Source of the DNA: Trichoplax adhaerens
Lineage: Eukaryota; Animalia; Placozoa
DNA: 64,000 nucleotides
Assembly: GCF_000150275.1 (NCBI RefSeq)
Contig: NW_002060945.1
Location: 6,501,607 to 6,565,606 of the forward strand
Direction of reading: 5' to 3'
Of the stretch, positions 24,801-35,653 are shown one piece after another. The translations under genes were made by a program, and so were the position numbers. Numbering within the stretch: the stretch's first letter is position 1; every line of letters begins with the position of its first letter. The notes beneath the pieces were generated by a model, which saw only the letters and a program-made list of their open reading frames with translations, searched no databases and was not told the origin of the DNA.

Positions 24801-27328
24801 TTATTGATATTTACGACATTATTGTAAAATTTTAAATGAGATAAAGTAGTTAATATTTGTCGTAAAAGTGTTTTATCTCGGAAATAAATCATTTTGTTAA
24901 GGTCAAAGTTAAGGTCTAGAATTAATTTCGATTTTCTTTTCTACTTGACTTTAGAATTATAGTTCGTGGATCATTAATAATAATAATAATACTAGAATTT
25001 TAAAATATTAAATAACTTAACACTAACTATTACCTTACCTAAGTGAGCCATTTCTATGTGAGATAAAAAGTTTGCTTGTTTCTTATTGTTGAAAAACAGT
25101 TTAAATGGCAAAAGGCTTTGGTATCTATGTTCCTTAATAAGAAGTATGAACTGTTCTCCATGACCGTCGTTGTATTGAACATAGTAGCCATGATGTTCAT
25201 CTATTACCAACAATCGGCGTCGATTACCCAAGTCTTAAATATCCTTTCTATAACTATTTCGTAGTGAATTACGTCTCATTACAAGCATTTCTATTAAGTA
25301 TCGCTTAAGTTAAATCATCTCATATGAAGTTTACATAGCAATCCAGTTTGTAATTTGAATAAGATTTCGTTGCATTATTTTTCTTGACGCGCTGTCGATT
25401 GCAGATATTCTCAATTATGGTTTTACATGCTTCTACACACTAGAATGCATCTTGAAGTTTTTGGCATTTCGTATCTACTTCTTCAAAGATATATGGAATA
25501 TTTTTGATCTAATTATAGTATTGGCTTCCATTACAGGAATTGTCTTAAGCAACTTGGCATCTGTGACATTTCGAGTTAGTCCGGCCATTATACGAGCTAT
25601 AAGAATATTTCGAATTGTGCGAATGATCCGTTTACTACGCCATGCTCAAGGAATGCGTCGACTGCTTATGGCATTAATTGCGTCTATACCAGCTCTCTTT
25701 AATATTGCTATTTTAATTGCAGTAGTCTCATTTGTTTACGCTATCATTGGAATGTCGGTTTTTAGCCATGTTAAATATCACGGTGTCATCACTAAAAGTC
25801 TCAATTTTGAAAATTTTGTAACTACAAGCATTATACTCGTCCAGTTTAGTACTGCTGCTGGTTGGACAAATTTTCATCACGCATTATCTATTCAGCCACC
25901 TAAATGTACATCAGCATCTGCGATACCAACCTTTGTGCCTACTGGGAACTGCGGAAGCCCTCATCTAGCTACCATTTATATTATTTCTTATATTTTATTG
26001 ACCTGGTTCGTACTAATCAATTTATTTGTCGCTGTAATCTTGAGTAATTATCAAGACTGCGTCGATGCTGATTCAGCTACAGTATCCGAAGAAGATATCA
26101 GTGCTTTTTTGAGACATGGGCTAAATACGATCCAGAAGCAACGCAATTTATCCATTATGAAGAACTGTCTTTGCTATTAAATGAATTACCACCTCCCTTT
26201 GGCACTCCAATACCCAATATATACGTTTGCATTAGCTTAAATCTACCAGTCTATTATGGAGGTAATATTCATTGTTTGGATGTTATTGCTGCTTTGCTCA
26301 GCAAAATAATGGAAAAGGTAATCGATGAAATTAGTCAAGAATTTAAAGACGAATACGAGCAATTACTAGAAAAAATTCATGGTGTATTTCATACCAAATT
26401 TCCCAAATGGAGCAATAAATCTGGTGAAACAGTGACATCAAGAGTTTTGAGTGATGAAGTTGAACCTGTAATACTATTAAGGTCGAGTTTCCGGCGTTGG
26501 AAAGCTTTGACATATAAAAGAAGACAAGGTTACGACGTTAACTTTAATTGGATACTTATTATGTGATGAAGGGTTCGATGAATTAGCGGTAGCGGATTAG
26601 TACTATACGGAGAATAAGATTTTAGCCGAAAAAGGATATTTATTGCATATTATAATTATATACAATGTGGTAGTTACGGTAAAGTAGCGTGTAAGCTATC
26701 GTGAAGTCACGCGAGACAATACTAATACTGTGACTATAACAACTAACGAAATCTGAGGTAGAAATCGATAGTATTGATAGTTTTAAAGATAGGATATATG
26801 CAAAGAAGAAGAATGTAGTACTAGATATAATATATACCATAATAGATTACTGTTAGATTCCTCACTCGTTATACTTCTCGTACTATACTGTACATATGCA
26901 GTACTAACGTTTTTGCTTTCTAACATTGCAGTAGAAAACAGTTTTAGAAAATAGCGAAGACTGTACGCGCTAAAAACGATAAGCTATATTTGGCTATAGT
27001 ACAATTAGACCTAAAAATCTCTATATTTTAGAACAATATTGAATGCCTATATTTAAGAATATATTAAAGTTATAATGCAATCTGATTAAACCATAGTTTA
27101 ACAAGTCTATCTTTTGATTTATCGGTAATTTTCCTTAATTATAATATGACATCATGATATACACTAAAATATGTATTTCAAAGATGAAAGTAAATAAAAT
27201 GTATAAATTTGGTGAATAATTTGTAGGCAAGATTAATCATATATTAACACGGGATATACTATTGACTTGTATCTCTTTTACTTTCAGCAAGGAAAGAATC
27301 GCTGAGACAAGCAAATATCAAATTGTAA
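6834..27328 (+). CDS. Nav2-like four-domain voltage-gated cation channel alpha subunit, paralogue B (DEDA filter; apparent frameshift at ~26106-26110)
   Basis: About 26 phase-compatible exons: 6834-7046, 8726-8853, 9288-9371, ~9664-9792, ~11082-11173, ~11508-11721, ~11884-11941, ~12034-12179, ~12339-12476, ~12679-13157, ~14246-14472, ~14642-14827, ~16453-16794, ~16871-17113, ~17197-18150, 18244-18348, ~18429-19036, ~20485-20703, ~20936-21109, 21332-21448, ~22406-22720, ~23508-23645, 24657-24779, ~25100-25238, 25405-26528 and a putative last exon 27288-27328. Hallmarks: [37 protein letters not shown]. Confidence 0.92.
7541..7590. repeat. Perfect 20-bp inverted repeat with 10-nt spacer
   Basis: CGGCATTTTGCAAAATACCT (7541-7560) / AGGTATTTTGCAAAATGCCG (7571-7590). 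Confidence 0.95.
8854..9287 (+). other. U12-type AT-AC intron in gene B (before DI S1)
   Basis: 5' ATATCCTTTT at 8854; branch site TCCTTAAC 9271-9278; 3' AC at 9286-9287; splicing yields in-frame IVTHQ|IFELFILLTILSNC. Confidence 0.92.
15063..15622 (+). mobile_element. Interspersed ~0.5 kb repeat family, copy 1 (intron of gene B); solo-LTR/MITE-like
   Basis: Starts TGTAATGGAGGGTT; shares GTAAGCTATCGTGAAGT, AACTAACGAAATCTGAGG and TATACCATAATAGA blocks with copies at 26562 and 31036. Right end approximate. Confidence 0.7.
15645..16330 (+). repeat. Degenerate ~140 bp tandem repeat, intron of gene B
   Basis: TTGAAT..ATTC..CTTTCTCT..CAAT(G/A)TTAGTC..TAAAATC(A/G)ATTGAA units at ~15648 and ~15785, with weaker units at ~15935 and ~16271. 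Confidence 0.6.
19163..19182. repeat. Perfect 20-bp palindrome
   Basis: TATGGCACTATAGTGCCATA. Confidence 0.9.
19290..20010 (+). repeat. Degenerate ~220-230 bp tandem repeat (~3.5 units), intron of gene B
   Basis: GA(C/T)TTGAACTACGG(T/C)ATTA recurs at ~19460, ~19684 and ~19916; GGTATTT(C/T)AAT(A/G)GGCT at ~19377, ~19595 and ~19800. Confidence 0.8.
25239..25404 (+). other. U12-type intron with AT-AG termini in gene B (DIV S1-S2)
   Basis: 5' ATATCCTTTC at 25239; branch TTCTTGAC 25381-25388; 3' CAG ending 25404; gives QVLN|ILNYGFTCFYTLECILK. Confidence 0.82.
26562..27062 (+). mobile_element. Interspersed repeat, copy 2 (putative last intron of gene B)
   Basis: Starts TGTGATGAAGGGTTCGAT; colinear with 15063-15530. 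Confidence 0.7.
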
Positions 27329-28414
27329 TTGATAAAGGCAATGGAGGTTATCCATCAGTTTGATGCAAGAAGATAAATTTCTGCGATTATCCTGGGATAC
27401 ATGGCAACATAAGAAAAACTGATAGTATGAAAAATATGGTTGAATTATTGCTCGACTTAGAAATAAAAAGATTTAATTATTTTATCACTTAGTAATTAGA
27501 ATACAAAATTACTATTTCTTGATCTAGAAATTTTAATTTAATATTATTATATCCATTGCACTGTAAGCTATCTAAGCCGTCTATACACATACATTGTTAT
27601 AAAGAATTATATTTAATATGAATCAGCTCCTTTAAGAGTTCGAGTAGCCTATGTAACAGTTACGGTCTAATTTTTTAATGAAACACGAGAAGATAGTATT
27701 TCACAGATTAATGGTAAAGTATGTAATGCATTATTTAGATACTTTTCCTTCCTACTAAATCACTGCAGCCTCAAGGTACATGAATAATTGTTAATATCAT
27801 ATGCATCATTTATATCAGATATTACTGCATTGTTTTATTTTGTTCAATGATATTATTATGCAAATATGCATCAATAAGTGGTTCTATTCCATAGTTGTGA
27901 TAAATTCTAATTCTATATAGCTATTAAACTTCCTAGTCACGACGACTACAGTATGAATGAATTTTGATTTACAATATATTGATAACCTTGCAATAGCTAT
28001 AACTATGACTTTATACGTAAAATTAGGACACTTTACGTTATAGAATATCATCAATTAGCTACATAAAATCTTGGCGAAATGAAATTGATATTAATAGATA
28101 CTAGTACACTGAGCGGTAAGCAATGTAGCTTTCTATACTTCATTTGGGGCCTTTATGTAAATTTTATTTTTACAATGAAATTTTAATAACCTAGGACTAA
28201 AGTTTCGATTTTTCGTCACTTATAATAAGAATGCTAGCAGCAAAGTAATTCTGTTTTGTCCTGTTATATTTATTGCCCATACTTTATAGATTATATCTAA
28301 TAAAGTTGTGATAATTCTAATTTTCAAAGAAAGGGAATACTTGATTTTAATTGGCGAATAAGATCAATTTTTAGAGTTTATAATAATTAACTTGAGAAAT
28401 TTTTCCCTTCAATA

Positions 28415-29919
28415 TTTATCATACGTAATGAATCTATAATTACTCTATTTGATGCAACAAACTATGTTATGGCATATCGTTGATGCTTCATTATCTACTA
28501 TTGCCATATTTACAGGAATATCTCAATTGTGATTAGTTGAAGCCACCAACATCATTATTGCCAATTCTAGATGTATTTGGACAAGATCATTTCGAACGAA
28601 AGTTTCTGGCTAATAAGAATCAAATTTCAGATCGAAACTGTCAATTATTCAAGTATCAAATGTTAAGCGATCAAGAATCTGATAGAGCTATGCTCTTTAT
28701 CAGCTGGCTTCCATGGCAGAAAATGGAAAGTACTATAATGACAAACCAATATTCACAATGTTCTAGCATTATACGACTTTTTAAAGAGTCTATATCGCTT
28801 TCATAAATGATCTGTTCAAGATATTTTTAAGAGAATTATAGATAAAACATAATAGATGCAGTTATTGCTGTCAAAATCCTATAAAGAATATCAAAACTTA
28901 TTAATTTTTTAGATAATTGATTTTTCCGGTGGTTGTAATGTAGACAAATGTGATAGATAGGAAGGGTACAGCCAAAATTTCGTACATAACATCTGCTTTG
29001 GAGCTAATCAAAAATAGGGTCGTTACCAATTAGGTTACATGCAAATCGACTAGTTCTAGTAGTATTTCACTTTCAAGCAGTATAAGGCCACAATATTGCT
29101 GTTATCATTGGGTTTAATTGTCTCGATATAAATGAATTCATCCCACAATTATTTTACTTTCATATTTTTCTCTATTTAATAAGGATGTCAAATATTTGCT
29201 AGAAAATGAATTAGTAATTAGAAGAATTATCAATAAATATGATTATACCAGATTATGCTATAAAGCAAGAATAATACAACCCATGACATCTTATCTATAT
29301 AAATTGGCGAAATATCGGCCATAAAATGGATTATCTGGATAAATTTGTATGAAGTATTTGTTTTAATTTTATGACTGATACCCGTAAGGATTATAAATTT
29401 CTTAATTTTAAAAGATTTCGCCATAAAGAATGCTAGAGCATCACAATGTTCGTCTCTAGACAAATATATAAATATTGGCTTTGAAAATTAATTATGCCTA
29501 GTATCTGTGGGCATTATAGAAATCGTGATCTTCGGAATAAGGCGTCACAGATAAGTAACTAAAAAAGTAAGTGCAGCCATCTAAATAAGTACGTACGATA
29601 ATTTTAGAAAAATTAGCTGCACATGGCCCTTTAGAGTGGTCGCTATTTGTAGCTTTCAATAATAAATTTTAATTACACAAATTGTTCATCCTTCCTCATT
29701 TGTAATTAATTACATTAGTTGAATACTTTAGGATAAATTTAATTAGTATAAATATAAATGATTTCTTATAAATTTTCCAGTTACATTATTAAGTATTGGT
29801 GTAAAAGGGATTTCAGGAGAATAACATGAAATAAATCCCTTTTTGTAAAGTTTTACTAGGCTTTCGATTGATTCTATCATTGTTTTTAGTGTTAATAAGG
29901 AATTTTTTAAACAATTTAC
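28415..29919 (+). repeat. 1.5 kb near-identical direct duplication, copy 1
   Basis: Colinear with 31037-32542, with scattered substitutions and small indels. Confidence 0.95.
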
Positions 29920-30582
29920 AGCAAATTTCATTCTAAATTTTGATAATATGTAGTGAATATTAATATAGAGAGATTAGATCTATTGAATCATCTTTACTCT
30001 CATAGCTATTTATAGGTACCTAGATAAACGAATACGGTTATACGCGTATACGGCTATAAGATTCAATTATTCGCTATAGCAATTTCTGTACGTAAAAGAA
30101 TTTACAGATATGATAAGCATAATAAAAGTTACCCTAATCAAAATATATAGCTACTGGTTCTCGTAAATTCATCAACCTCATTGTTATGGAAGGATCGTTT
30201 CATTGCTTAATATAAGTAACATGCCTAAGAAATAGTGCATACCTAAAAATAATAGAAAGCTATCCTAATCAAAATATATAGCTACTAGTTTTCGTAAACT
30301 CATGACTTTCGCTTTTATGAAAGTTTCGTTTTATTAGCATTACTACACTTTGATATTAGTAAGATATCTAAGAAAAGAATTTTGGTCTATTCTCGTATTA
30401 AAGTCTAAGAAAATTTTAAGTTAAGTCGGAGGAATAAATTGCCGTCAAATCAAGAGAAAACTTCGCAATAAGTTGGATTAGTCTATAATTTTAAGTAAGT
30501 AATATTTATTATGTTAAGAAAGTCCTAATCAATNNNNNNNNNNNNNNNNNNNNNNNNNNNNNNNNNNNNNNNNNNNNNNNNN

Positions 30583-31036
30583 NTCTACTCTTAATATAGA
30601 CATGTTGTATCGCTCTTATATTTAGACAGATCTACAGTCCGCTTACTCTACATTCATATATAGACTACTGTATTTAGTTATTACGGTACTCGCTGTTTTC
30701 TACAATCATCTGCTATTTTGTAACCTGTTATGGTATATGTTGTATCTAATTCCACAATCCTATTCTCTGCATGTGCTCTATCTTTAAAACTATAAATACC
30801 GGCGATTTCTACCTCAGAGTTCATTAGCCACTCAGTTAGTCTTCTAGTTAGTCTCTCACAGTCTAATACTTCTACTCGTTACTTACGACAGCTTGCACGC
30901 TGATCTACCGTAACTACCTCACTGTACTTCACATTACTAACCTACAATAAAGCATAACTTTTATAAACCCTTTATTGAAATAATTGTAAATGGCGACTAA
31001 ATTTCAATCCTCTGAGATATCGAACCCTCCATCACA
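30583..31036 (-). mobile_element. Interspersed repeat, copy 3 (inverted, truncated by gap)
   Basis: Reverse complement begins TGTGATGGAGGGTTCGATAT and contains CTCTGAGGTAGAAATCG and GTATTTATAGTTTTAAAGATAG. It is absent from the homologous site at 28415. Confidence 0.7.
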
Positions 31037-32542
31037 TTTATCATACGTAATGAATCTATAATTACTCTATTTGATGCAACAAACTATGTTGTGGCACATC
31101 ATTGATGCTTCATTATCTACTACTGCTATATTTACAGGAATATCTTAATTGTGATTAGTTGAAGCTACCAACATCATTATTGCTAATTCTAGATGTATTT
31201 GGACAAGATCATTTGGAACGAAAGTTTCTGGCGAACAAAAATCGAATTTCAGATAGAAACTGTCAATTATTCAAGTATCAAAGGTTAAGCGATCAAGAAT
31301 TTGATAGAGCTATGCTCTTTATTAGCTGGCTTCCATGGCAGAAAATGAAAAGTACTATAATGACAAACCAATATTTGACAATGTTCTAGCATTATACGGC
31401 TTATTTAAGAGTCTATATCGCTTTCATAAATGATCTGTTCAAGATGTTTATAAGAGAATTATAGATAAAACATATTAGATGCAGTTATTGTTATCAAAGT
31501 CCTATAAAGAATATCAAAACTTATTAATTTTTTAGATAATTAATTTTTCCGGTGGTTGTAATGTAGACAAATGTGATAGATAGGAAGGGTACAGCCAAAA
31601 TTTAGTACATGACATCTGCTTTGGAGCTAATCAAAAATAGGGTCGTTACCAATTAGGTTACATGCAAATCGACTAGTTCTGGTAGTATTTCACTTTCAAG
31701 CAGTATAAGGCCACAATATTGCTGTTATCATTGGGTTTAATTATCTCGATATAAATGAATTCACCCCACAATTATTTTACTTTCATATTTTTCTCTATTT
31801 AAATAAGAATGTCAAATATTCGCTAGAAAATGAATTAGTAATTAGAAGAATTGTCAATAAATAAGATCATACCAGATTATGCTATAAAGCAAGGATAATA
31901 CAACCCATGACATCTTATCTATATAAATTGGCGAAATATTGACCATAAAATGGATTATTTAGATAAATTTGTAAGAAATATTTGTTTTAATTTTATGACT
32001 GATACACGTAAGGATTATAAATTTCTTAGTTCTAAAAGATTTCGCCATAAAGAATGCTAGAGCATCACAATGTTCGTCTCTAGACGAATATATAAATATT
32101 GGCTTTGAAAATTAATTATGCCTAGTATCTGTGGGTATTATAGAAATCGTGATCTTCGGAATAAGGCGTCACAGATAAGTAACTAAAACAGTAAGTGCAG
32201 CCATCTAAATAAGTACGTACGATCATTTTAGAAAAATTAGCTGCACATGGCCCTTTAGAGTGGGCGCTATTTGCAGCTTTCAATAATAAATTTTAATTAC
32301 ACAAATTGTTCATCCTTCCTCATTTGTAGTTAATTACATTAGTTGAATACTTTAGGATAAATTTAATTAGTATAAATATAAATGATTTCTTATAAATTTT
32401 CCAGTTACATTATTAAGTATTGGTGTAAAAGGGATTTCAGGAGAGTAACATGAAATAAATCCCTTTTTGTAAAGTTTTACTAGGCTTTCGATTGATTCTA
32501 TCATTGTTTTTAGTGTTAATAAGGAATTTTTTAACAATTTAC
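31037..32542 (+). repeat. 1.5 kb near-identical direct duplication, copy 2 (ends at gap)
   Basis: Colinear with 28415-29919. Separately, ~30363-30533 recurs at ~33053-33224. Confidence 0.95.
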
Positions 32543-32592
32543 NNNNNNNNNNNNNNNNNNNNNNNNNNNNNNNNNNNNNNNNNNNNNNNNNN

Positions 32593-33052
32593 GTATTCGA
32601 ATAGGAGGATAGACTAGATAAATATAAATCTTGATGATGTGCAACCTTTGTGTTAGAGAGTTGTTTATGCTGACACGATTTGTAGTCGTGTTGTAAGATT
32701 ATTACTGGATAGGAGGTTATGGTTGTGAGATCTCCTACGTGAGATTAATGTAAATAGTAAATATCTTAGAAAGTATATAAAGGCTAACTATGATGCCATG
32801 TGGACGAGGAGAAAGGCATAGAAAAGAATAAACTGTAGTGATAGTTATCTGTTCAAAAGCCTGCGCTCAACTACTTGTGTAATCGAGTAACCTAGTGACG
32901 GTCAAAGAAGTGTAGTCCTACACCCGAGGAATTAGTGTTCTAATAGGAAGCGTAGTTCCAGTAGCACTTGTTCAGTGTCGGGATTGTACCGTACTTAGCT
33001 AAGTTTTACACGATAAGTAGAGATCCTGTGTCACAAAAACGTGGTTGTGACA
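32593..33052 (+). mobile_element. Putative LTR-like insertion (left end in gap)
   Basis: More GC-rich than its flanks; TATATAAAA ~32774, AATAAA ~32827; ends TGTGACA directly before sequence homologous to ~30363, where it is absent. Confidence 0.45.
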
Positions 33053-35653
33053 GATGTCTAAGAAAAGAATTTTGGTCTATTCTCGTATTAAAGTTTAAGA
33101 AAATTTAAGTTAAGTTGGAGGAATAAATTACCGTCAAATCAAGAGAAAACTTCGCAATAAAGTCGGATTAGTCTATAATTTTAAGTAAGTAATATTTATT
33201 ATGTTAAGAAAGTCCTTAATCAATATGGTTTGAATTCTTTCAGCATGATGCTATGTTTTGATCATTACAGAAACTCTAACTACAGTAGCTAGGCTAATCA
33301 AAGAGGATTTAATATCCTGCATGATACCAGGCGAAAGTATGGTACCCTTTACGAGGCTATCTATGTAGTAATAGATAGCATAAAAATTACTAATGTAGAG
33401 AATAGCGATAGATTTATTATGTAACACTTTTAATTCAGTCGCTAGCGCAAAATACAATCTAGTAGCAGATTTCTTAAGTGATGAGTAAGTTAAGTATTGG
33501 CTATGGCCTATTGCTCAAATTATTTAAATCCCAACGACTTTATTCTCTTCCGAATGTTTTGTTCTGGATGTAATTTATATTGATCATATACTCGTATTTA
33601 CATCATATTCTTTCTTGCTTTTGAGTCTGTTGTTGCTTTGATCGTTCAGGCTTATTTTGTAGGATTAGACAAAATAGATTTTTTAACGCTATGACGTAGA
33701 TTAAGGCTGATAAACGATCACAAAAAGTTCATATGAAGCAAAGATGAACGTAATTAAAAGATATTCTCTATTCCACTCCAGGTACGATGATAAAGAAGTA
33801 ATTCCAACTTATTTAAAATTTTATCCTTACCTGTCACTCTGGCTATCCTTACGAATTAAATCGTATAAAAGTATTGACGTTGGAACAGCTAGCATAGTAT
33901 AGTCTGTGGCTAATCAAAAATTATTTAGAGTAATATTTAAATTAAAAGATTAGTAGATTTCACCATGTGACATCAAAGTGTAGAATAGCACTCCAACATT
34001 ACCGTATTTACCAAAGAATATCAATAGCTATTTAGAAGTATTTTAATACGACTGAAATTGTAGCATTCTGATTACGTTCTATTTAACTAGTGTANNNNNN
34101 NNNNNNNNNNNNNNNNNNNNNNNNNNNNNNNNNNNNNNNNNNNNAATACGTTGACAATTGGATATAAGCTTATGCTATATGATTTTGTATGGAAATGATT
34201 GCTTGTAAAAATAATCTAAGTCCGTTTATCTTAACCGTTTCGACTGATTATATGAGAGATGAAAATTGAATTCACTCTCACGGACAGGCGGAATAATAAA
34301 TGTAGTTTTAAAACTACTCTCTTGGTTGTGACGTTTTATTACATATCATAAGGATTTGCTCAACTTAAATAACTCAGATTAAGAGTTAGAGGTCGCGAGC
34401 CTATAGTAATAGTAAAAGACTAACTCGGTCATTACACTAGTATGCGCGTATATTTCAATTTTGACTATTTTTTACAAGGTTAACGAGGTTAAATGTCTTT
34501 AAACTGTAATCGGATAGGGACAGATATATGCTTAGTTTTTATATCTATATTTTAGACCAGGTGCTGTGACGAGGTAATGGATAATTTTAAATTCTGCATC
34601 CATAACTAAAGCTCCTGTAAGGTTCTAAAAAAATAACAACAATTCGTTTTTAGAGAGACCTACCAATCATGAAACTACATAAATTTACCGGCATATTCAT
34701 GTGCAAGTGCATAATACCTGCAATAGCTGAAATACAGTAGCAAATTTTTCATCTTGACAATTTTAATAGAGTGACGAGATCGCGAAAGATCAAGTTATTT
34801 TAGGCAAAATTTGATCTTTCAAAATTTTTTTACAACATTGATATCAACTGTCATCCTTTTACGGAGAGTGATTTCTGAATCTTTGGACGAAACAGAGTGA
34901 GAGTTTCCAAATTATTTTAATTCGTAAAGAATATCGATATTAAAAATAAGATTATATCAATTTGACTATCAAGCCAATTCTACTAGAACAAATAATTGTC
35001 TAGCATTATATTATATGCCAATAAGGTTTCTTGATCTTGTTCTTCAAACTAATTTTAATCTCTTCGTGGTTTTTGATCGTAGTCGACGAAACAGAGATAT
35101 TATACTTAGGCTTAACTACCCAGGGGAGCTCATGTGGTACTTTTCTAATTGTTCTAGTTCTAATTTCATTACTGATTGTTTCAATATGATATTTACCGTT
35201 ACGCTAATATTAATTTCATTGATACCTTAGTCAGCATTCAGAGAATTCCTGGCCCCTTCACTTCTGCATTGTATCTAAAAGGAATTGTAATCAACAATTT
35301 ATATTCTATACAAATTTCTTTTTCCTAGAAATCAACATATGGCATCTTTTTTAATGAAGGTTTCATGATTGAAGATATTTTTCACCCTTTATCATAGTAA
35401 ATTTAATACTGTACTAAAAACTCAGAAAATATTGTGGAAAAGATTTCGTTTGATAAACTGTGGATAGGCATAAGTTACGTTGATAAATTTTTGTATAAAC
35501 TGCTTACAGTAAATTAAAAATTAAATATGGAACTATAAATTGTAATGTTGTAGTCAAGAATTGGTTTGGTATTACAGCAAAGAATTCTTTGCAATATTTA
35601 ACATCGCTATTAATCCAGTTTATCTAAAGAAACACTTGTAATATAAATCCAAG

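Noticed and set aside
6834-27328. Calling gene B a pseudogene
   Set aside because: Only one lesion was found, in a homopolymer; all other exons, splice sites and U12 signals are intact.
30132-30305. ~40-bp direct repeat at ~130-bp spacing
   Set aside because: Ordinary local duplication with no further structure.
28537-31389. Twin ORFs 28537-28806 and 31159-31389
   Set aside because: They exist twice only because of the duplication; they start at TTG, are frameshifted relative to each other and have no recognisable domain.
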